The translations under genes and the position numbers were made by a program. The notes beneath the pieces were generated by a model. That model was not told where the DNA came from. It did no database searches and saw nothing but the letters and a program-made list of their open reading frames with translations. From an uncultured Solirubrobacterales bacterium (GTDB lineage: Bacteria > Actinomycetota > Thermoleophilia > Solirubrobacterales > 70-9), in contig CAVVBX010000020.1 in NCBI GenBank assembly GCA_963746675.1, forward strand, positions 32,647 to 96,646: 64,000 nucleotides of DNA. The letters are read 5' to 3'. Shown piece by piece: positions 58,178-64,000 of the stretch. Position 1 is the stretch's first letter. Every line of letters starts with the position of its first letter.

Positions 58178-60146
58178 GCGGAAAGCCGCGCGTCGCGCTG
58201 GTCTCGCGCGAGGTCGCCCCGTTCGGGGGCGGCGGCATCGGCCGCTACGTGAGCGCGCTTGCCGGACTGCTCGCCGCTGACTTCGAGGTGACGATCTTCA
58301 CCACCAGCCGTCATCAGCGCGCGCATGACGAGGCGCTCCAATCACGCCCCGAGTCGTTGCCTGCCGCCAAGCTCGCCTTCGTCCGCGAGCCCCGGACCTG
58401 GGACGCCCGCAGCTCGTTCAGCCTCCTGCACGCGTGGAGCGCCCGCGTTCACGAGGCGTTGCTGGCCGAGTACGGGGGCTCGGGCCCCGATCTGGTCGAG
58501 TTCGCCGACTTCCTCGGCGAGGGCTGCGTGACCGCGCAGGCCAAGCGCACCCGCTTGCCCGCATTGCGCGACACCACCGTCTGCGTACGCGCGCATGGGA
58601 CGGCCGAGATCTACGACGTCCTCGACGGCTTCCTGCCCGGCGAGCTCGAGCGCTCCTTCACCTACGAGCTCGAGCGCTACGCGCTCCGCTACGCCGATGC
58701 TCTGCTGTGGGCGGGCGGTGACGTCCTCGGCTCGTACGAGCGCTATTACGGCGGCGGCGAGCTGGCGCCGGCCCGAATGGTGCGCCATCCGTTCGCCTGG
58801 GAGGGCGCCGGCGAGGAGCCCGCCGCGCCCGGACGCGAGGGACCGCTGAGGCTGCTCTACCTCGGCCGTCTCGAGCGCCGCAAGGGCGTGCGCACGCTGG
58901 TCGACACGCTGCTCGGGCTGGGGCACCGTGAGTGGCGGCTGACGATGGTCGGCGCGCGACACCGACACGGCGCCGCTCGGGGGCTCGATGCGCGACCTGC
59001 TCGAGCTCGAGCTCGCCGGGGACACGCGCGTCAGTCTGCTCGAGGCCGTGCCGCGCGAGCGGGTCCCGGCGCTGATCGACGCCCACGATGTCGCTCGTCG
59101 TGCCGTCGCGCTGGGAGTGCTGGCCATACGTCGCACTCGAGGCGGGTTGCCGCGGGCGGCCGGTTCTCGCCACGGCCACGGGTGGGATGACCGAGATCGT
59201 CGCCGGCGGCAGCACCGGTTGGCTGGCCCCGGGGGCATCGGTGGACGCGCTCGAGCAGGTCGTCGCGCCGCTGGTCGAGCGCCCGGAGCTGGCTCGTGAT
59301 CGCGGCGTGTCCGGTCGCGCGCGCGAGCTGTTCGCGTCGCTCACCGACCCGGGGCCGATCCGCGACGCCTATCACGACCTCTGCGAGGCTCGAGATCCCG
59401 GACCGGCACGGCCTCGAGATCTCGAAGCGCCCCTGGTCTCGATCGTGATCCCCTACTTCGAGCTCGAGCGGCACGTCGCCGAGGCTGTCGGCTCGGCGGC
59501 GGCTCAGACCCATCCCCGGTGCGAGCTGCTGGTGGTCAACGACGGCTGCTTCAGGCCCGAGGACGAGATCCTGGCTGAGCTCGAGGCACGCCACGATCTG
59601 ACCGTGATTTCACAGCCGAACGCCGGTCTCGGCGCTGCACGCAACTTCGGGATCGAGGTCAGCCACGGCGACTACGTGCTCCCGCTCGATGCCGACAACG
59701 TGCTCGAACCCGACTTCGTCGCCCGCTGCGTCGCCGCGCTGGAGGACGACCCCGAGGTCGCCTACGTGACATCGTGGCTGCGCTACATCGACGAGCGCGG
59801 ACGGCCCTGGAAAGGCACCGAGGAGGGTCTGCGACCGCTCGGAAACTCCAGCCGCGCCGTCGACTCTCTCAACGTGGCGGGCGATGCCGTCGCGGTGTTC
59901 CGGCGCTCCGTCTTCGCCAATCTCGCCTACAGCACCGACGTTGCGGGCTTCGAGGACTGGACGCTGTATCGCGAGATGCGACGCCAGGGCCTGCTCGGCC
60001 ATGTGATCCCGGAGCCCCTGATCGGCTACCGGATGCGCTCCGACTCGATGATGCGCTCGCTCTCGGCGCCACGCGAGGAGTGGATCCGGCAGGCGATCGA
60101 TGCTCACCTCGTCGAGACCGCCGTGCAGTGGACGGCCCCCCGATGA
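58171..60146 (+). pseudogene. bifunctional GT4-GT2 glycosyltransferase, two apparent frameshifts
   Basis: GTG 58171 overlaps the cysM end. VALVSREVAPFGGGGIGRY. The frames change at ~58953 and ~59088 (IDAHDV / SLVVPSRWECWPYVALEAG). Then the GT2 part VSIVIPYFE, VVNDGC, LPLDADN. Confidence 0.75.
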
Positions 60147-60388
60147 CCGCCGAGCCGCCGCAGGAGAGCCGCGTCGAGGCGCTCGAGCGCGAGAACCGCG
60201 CGCTGCGGCGCGCGAACGCGAAGCTGATGCGCGAGCGGCTCGGGAGCTCGAACACCGCCGCGGCGGGAAGGATCGCGGGCGACGGCTCGGCCGCGGCGTC
60301 GCGGCGCTCGCCTCGGGCTGCCTTCAGGGCGCCGTTCGCCCGCCTGCGGCTCGGCCTGCGCCGCCTCGCGCTGCGGCTCCTGCGCTGA
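60143..60388 (+). CDS. small coiled-coil/Arg-rich protein (81 aa), uncertain
   Basis: ATGA overlap with the upstream stop. MTAEPPQESRVEALERENRALRRANAKLMRERL... The rest is low complexity. Confidence 0.35.
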   Translation: MTAEPPQESRVEALERENRALRRANAKLMRERLGSSNTAAAGRIAGDGSAAASRRSPRAAFRAPFARLRLGLRRLALRLLR

Positions 60389-60405
60389 CGTGCGCCCCGG
60401 TGGCC

Positions 60406-61489
60406 TCAGGCGACCGCCCCGGTCCAACGCTCGGCGTTCTCCGCGTGGATCTCCTCCAGGATCACGGTGACGTCGCGCGTGATCCGCCAATCCGGATAGT
60501 CGAGGCGGAACTCCTCGAGGTCGGAGATCCACCATCGGTGGTCGCCGATCCTGGCCTGGTCGGAGAGCGTCCGGTCTAGCTCGCGCCCGGAGATCCGCTC
60601 GCATTCCTCGATCGCCTCCAGCATCGAGCAGTTGGAGACCCGGCCGCCCCCCATGTTGTAGACGGCGGCGGCGCGGGGCGCGCGGTGGAAGCTCATGCAC
60701 GCAGCGGCGAGATCGGCGGCGTGGATGTTGTCGCGCACTTGCTTGCCGCCGGTGGCCGAAGATGGCGATACTCGACGTCCGTCGAGCCCGCACTTCACGA
60801 GGTAGGAAAGAAATCCGTGAAGCATGGCGCCCGCGTGGCCGGAGCCGGTGATGCAGCCGGCGCGAAAGCGTCACGGTACGAAGGTCGAAGTAGCGTCCGT
60901 ACTCCTGTACCATCACGTCGGCGGCGAGCCTTGGACGCGCCGAACACCGAGTGCGTCGAGCGGTCCAGCGACATCGAGGTCGTCGATCCCGCCGTGGTAC
61001 GGGTGATCTGCGGAGAGAGGTCGAGTCGCGTCTCGCGCTCCTCGAGCGGCAGTTGGTTCGGAAGGTCTCCGTAGACCTTGTTGGTCGAGATGAAGATGAA
61101 CGTGGCCGCCGGGGCGTGAGTCGTCGGGCCGCCTCGAGCAGGTTGAGCGTGCCGAGCGCGTTGACCTCGAAGTCCACGTGCGGTTCGCGCGCCGCCCAGT
61201 CGTGCGACGGCTGGGCGGCGGTGTGGATCACGAGCTCGATCGCGCCCGCGTGCTCGGCGAAGACCGAGTCGACTCGCTCGCGGTCGCGGATGTCGATCTC
61301 GAGCGAGCGGAACTCGGGGATCGAGTCGACCAGGCTCGCGGTCACCGACGCGGTCGATGCGTCGGGGCCGAAGAACTGCGCGCGCATGTCGTTTTCGAGC
61401 CCGATCACGTCGTAGCCGGCCGCCACCGCTTGGCGCACCGATTCCGACCCCACCAGGCCCCCCGATCCCGTGATCACGGCGATCCCCAT
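60406..61489 (-). pseudogene. NAD-dependent sugar epimerase/dehydratase (SDR), multiply frameshifted
   Basis: [16 protein letters not shown] (GxxGxxG), [12 protein letters not shown]. The later pieces ...[13 protein letters not shown]..., [13 protein letters not shown] and [15 protein letters not shown]...YNMGGG... lie in other frames. About 4 frame changes are needed. Confidence 0.7.
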
Positions 61490-61532
61490 CGGGTCGGCAG
61501 GCTAGACGATCGATTCATCTAGATTTCCCGCC

Positions 61533-63251
61533 GTGGTTGCAGGAGGCAACGGCGGGGCGGTGTCGGAGCGCCCGCTGCCCCGGGCTTCGGTGGCAGACCG
61601 GCTCAGGGGCCGCTCGCCGGCGACGCTGCTGCTCGCAGGGGCGCTGCTCGCCTCCGGCCTGATGCTGCTGGTCTGGCTCTCGGACCTCACGTTCTGGCGC
61701 GACGAGTGGGCGTTTCTGCTTCACCGCCGCGGCTTCAGCGCCGACGTCTTCCTCGACCCGCACTACGAGCACATCGCGATCGCGCCGGTGGCGATCTACA
61801 AGCTCTTGCTCGCCGGCTTCGGGATGGACTCGCCGACTCCGTTCCAGATCGCGGCGACGGCGATGTTCCTGACCAGCGTCACCCTGGTCTTTGTCTTCCT
61901 GCGCCGGCGGGTGGGCGCCTGGCTCGCCCTCGCCGGCGTCCTGCCCCTGCTCTTCTTCGGCTCCTCCTGGGATGACCTGCTGTGGCCGTTTCAGATCGGC
62001 TACTTCGGTTCGATGGCGGCCGGCATCGGCGCTCTCCTGGCACTCGATCGCGAGGATCGAACCGGCGACCTGGTGGCCTGCGCACTGCTGCTGATCTCAC
62101 TGAGCTTCTCGAGTGTCGGGATCCCGTTTGCGGCCGGGGTGCTCGTGCACGTGCTCACCGGTAGCGACATCCGGCGGCGCGCGTACGTTGCCGCCCTGCC
62201 GATCGGGCTCTTTGCGATCTGGTGGCTCGTCTTCGGCCAGCAAGCCGAGAACCGGGCGTCGTTGGACAGCCTGCTCGGAAGCCCCGGCTACATCTTCGAC
62301 GGCTTCGCCTCCAGCCTCTCGTCGCTGCTCGGCCTGGCGACCGATCGCGACCAGTTCCCGATCACCTCGCTCGACTGGGGCCGGCCGCTGCTCATCGGCG
62401 TGCTGGTGCTGGCGGGCCTGCGGCTGTGGCGCCTCGGCCGGGCGCCGCGCTGGCTCCTGGTCACGCTCGCCGTCGGGCTCACGTTCTGGTTCCTGGCCGG
62501 AATCAACACGGCGATCGGCCGAGGGCCGGACGCGGGCCGCTATCAGTACCTCGGGGCGATCTTCCTCCTGCTGATCGCCGCGGAGCTGCTGCGCGGGGTG
62601 CGGGTCCCGCGGTCGGCCGTGGTGGCCGCGGTCGCGATCTCGGCGCTCGCCGCGTTGAGCAACTTCTGGGTGCTCCAGCTCTACGCCAACGGGCTCGCCG
62701 GGCTGGCCGGGCAGCAGCGCGGTGGGCTGGCGGCGCTCGAGCTGGCGCGCGATCGGGTGGACCCCGGCCTTCTACTCACCGAGGAGAACTCCGACGTCGA
62801 CTATCTCGGTGAGCTCGATGCCGGCTCCTACCTGTCGGCCGTCGACGACTTCGGCTCCCCCGCCTACACCCCCGAGCAGCTCGCGAGCGCGACCGAGCCC
62901 AGCCGGGCCGCCGCCGACAAGGTGTTCGCGACCGCGCTCGGCATCGGCCTCGATCCGGACCCCGGCGCGCGGATCGGAAAGGGCTGCCTGACCGCCGCGA
63001 CGAAGGAAAGCCCGGACGAGGACCTGGTGCTGGACCTGCCGCCCGGGGGGGTGCTGCTGCGAACACCGCCGGGGTCGAGGGCCGAGGTTCGCCTGCGCCG
63101 CTTCGCGACCGCCTCGTTCCCGGTCAAGCTGGGGATCCTGCGCGGTGGCGCGCCGACCGCCTTGCGGATCCCGTCAGACCGCTCGGGCGAGCCGTGGCAG
63201 GCCGGCTTGCGTGCCACCGGCCCCGTGAACGTCTGCGAGCTGACGGCTTGA
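61533..63251 (+). CDS. hypothetical polytopic membrane protein with C-terminal soluble domain (possible GT-C-like), paralog 1
   Basis: 572 aa, ~10 hydrophobic segments, then a ~170-aa non-membrane tail. Alternative GTG start at 61560. Intact. Confidence 0.6.
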   Translation: MVAGGNGGAVSERPLPRASVADRLRGRSPATLLLAGALLASGLMLLVWLSDLTFWRDEWAFLLHRRGFSADVFLDPHYEHIAIAPVAIYKLLLAGFGMDSPTPFQIAATAMFLTSVTLVFVFLRRRVGAWLALAGVLPLLFFGSSWDDLLWPFQIGYFGSMAAGIGALLALDREDRTGDLVACALLLISLSFSSVGIPFAAGVLVHVLTGSDIRRRAYVAALPIGLFAIWWLVFGQQAENRASLDSLLGSPGYIFDGFASSLSSLLGLATDRDQFPITSLDWGRPLLIGVLVLAGLRLWRLGRAPRWLLVTLAVGLTFWFLAGINTAIGRGPDAGRYQYLGAIFLLLIAAELLRGVRVPRSAVVAAVAISALAALSNFWVLQLYANGLAGLAGQQRGGLAALELARDRVDPGLLLTEENSDVDYLGELDAGSYLSAVDDFGSPAYTPEQLASATEPSRAAADKVFATALGIGLDPDPGARIGKGCLTAATKESPDEDLVLDLPPGGVLLRTPPGSRAEVRLRRFATASFPVKLGILRGGAPTALRIPSDRSGEPWQAGLRATGPVNVCELTA

Positions 63252-63268
63252 GCGCGGAGGAAGTGGAG

Positions 63269-64000
63269 ATGAGCGAGCGCAGGCGACGACTCGAAGCACC
63301 CGTCATCCTGCTGTTCGCGGGCCTGGTTGCCTGGGCGGCGTTGATCCTCGCCTGGGAGTCGAAGCTGACCTTCGCCTTCGACGAGTGGGACTTCCTGCTC
63401 GGCCGCGGGGGTGTCAGCGCCGACGTCTTCTTCGCGCCGCACTTCGAGCACATCGCGATCGCGCCAGTGGCGATCTACAAGAGCCTGCTGGCAGCCTTCG
63501 GAATGGACTCGCCGCGACCGTTCCAAGTCACCGATGCGGTGGTCGTGATCGCGGTATTCGTGCTGCTCTTCGCGTACCTTCGGCGGCGGGTGGGCGCCTG
63601 GCTCGCCCTCGCAGGGGTGCTGCCGCTGCTCTTCTTCGGGCCCGCCTGGGACAGCATCCTGTGGCCGTTCCAGATCGCCTTCATGGGCTCGATGGCGGCC
63701 GGCCTCGGCGCGCTGCTGGCGCTCGATCGCGAGGACCGCCCCGGCGACCTGGCCGCGTGCGCGCTGCTCACCGTCTCGGTGACCTTCTCGAGCCTCTGGC
63801 TGCCGTTCGCGATCGGGATCGCGGTTAGCCTGCTCACCGGTCGCGACGCCTTGCGGCGCGCCTACGTGGTCGCGGTGCCCGCCGTCCTGTACGGGCTCTG
63901 GTGGCTGGGCTGGGGACACGAGGCGGATAGCGTGGTCACGTTCGCCAACCTGGCGACCCTCCCGCAGTACGTTCTCGACGGGCTCGCCTCGAGCGTCTCC
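63269..64000 (+). CDS. paralog 2 of the preceding membrane protein (3'-truncated by window end)
   Basis: ATG 63269 after GGAGGAAGTGGAG. MSERRRRLEAPVILLFAGLVAW...EWDFLLGRGGVSADVFFAPHFEHIAIAPVAIYK is collinear with paralog 1. Open to the last base of the window. Confidence 0.6.
   Translation, partial: MSERRRRLEAPVILLFAGLVAWAALILAWESKLTFAFDEWDFLLGRGGVSADVFFAPHFEHIAIAPVAIYKSLLAAFGMDSPRPFQVTDAVVVIAVFVLLFAYLRRRVGAWLALAGVLPLLFFGPAWDSILWPFQIAFMGSMAAGLGALLALDREDRPGDLAACALLTVSVTFSSLWLPFAIGIAVSLLTGRDALRRAYVVAVPAVLYGLWWLGWGHEADSVVTFANLATLPQYVLDGLASSVS

Noticed and set aside
60143-60388. The small coiled-coil ORF as an antitoxin-like or regulator gene.
   Set aside because: Only the first ~35 residues look protein-like and the rest is Arg/Ala low complexity. 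It is kept as a low-confidence CDS with no functional claim.

Overview
Very G+C-rich (judged by eye, not computed), gene-dense bacterial chromosomal window. The gene content looks Actinomycetota-like: SufU-type suf genes, CysM/CysO/MoeZ-type cysteine genes and a WS/DGAT. This lineage call is an inference only. From 0 to 19 kb I see two mosaic tandem paralogs, a GH20 hexosaminidase, WS/DGAT, an M28 lipoprotein peptidase, ispH, a CDF metal exporter, a thioredoxin-like protein and an uncharacterised membrane trio. This part also holds the suf Fe-S genes, split into two minus-strand blocks (Rrf2-sufC-sufS-sufU and Rieske-sufB-sufD) by two plus-strand secreted-protein genes. From 19 to 64 kb there is essentially one very large cell-envelope glycan locus. 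It holds at least 12 glycosyltransferase genes or domains, 6 methyltransferase loci, a priming polyprenyl-phosphate sugar transferase and a Wzm/Wzt ABC exporter. It also holds an O-antigen-ligase-like/TPR protein, a flippase-like protein, three tandem clan-GH-A-like hydrolases and an AlkP-family enzyme. Interspersed are a NarL-type two-component pair, htpX, a rhodanese-MoeZ-like E1 with a CysO-like sulfur carrier, cysM and a polar amino-acid ABC operon. I recognised no rRNA, tRNA, CRISPR, transposase, integrase or phage genes, and no obvious defence system. The most striking sequence-level observation is that about 20 genes need one or more frame corrections to give a family-typical protein, and one also has an in-frame TAA. 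These lesions are clustered in accessory glycan and transport genes, while housekeeping genes are intact. Product calls rest on motifs read from the supplied translations, with no database search. Frameshift positions are approximate, to about 10 nt.
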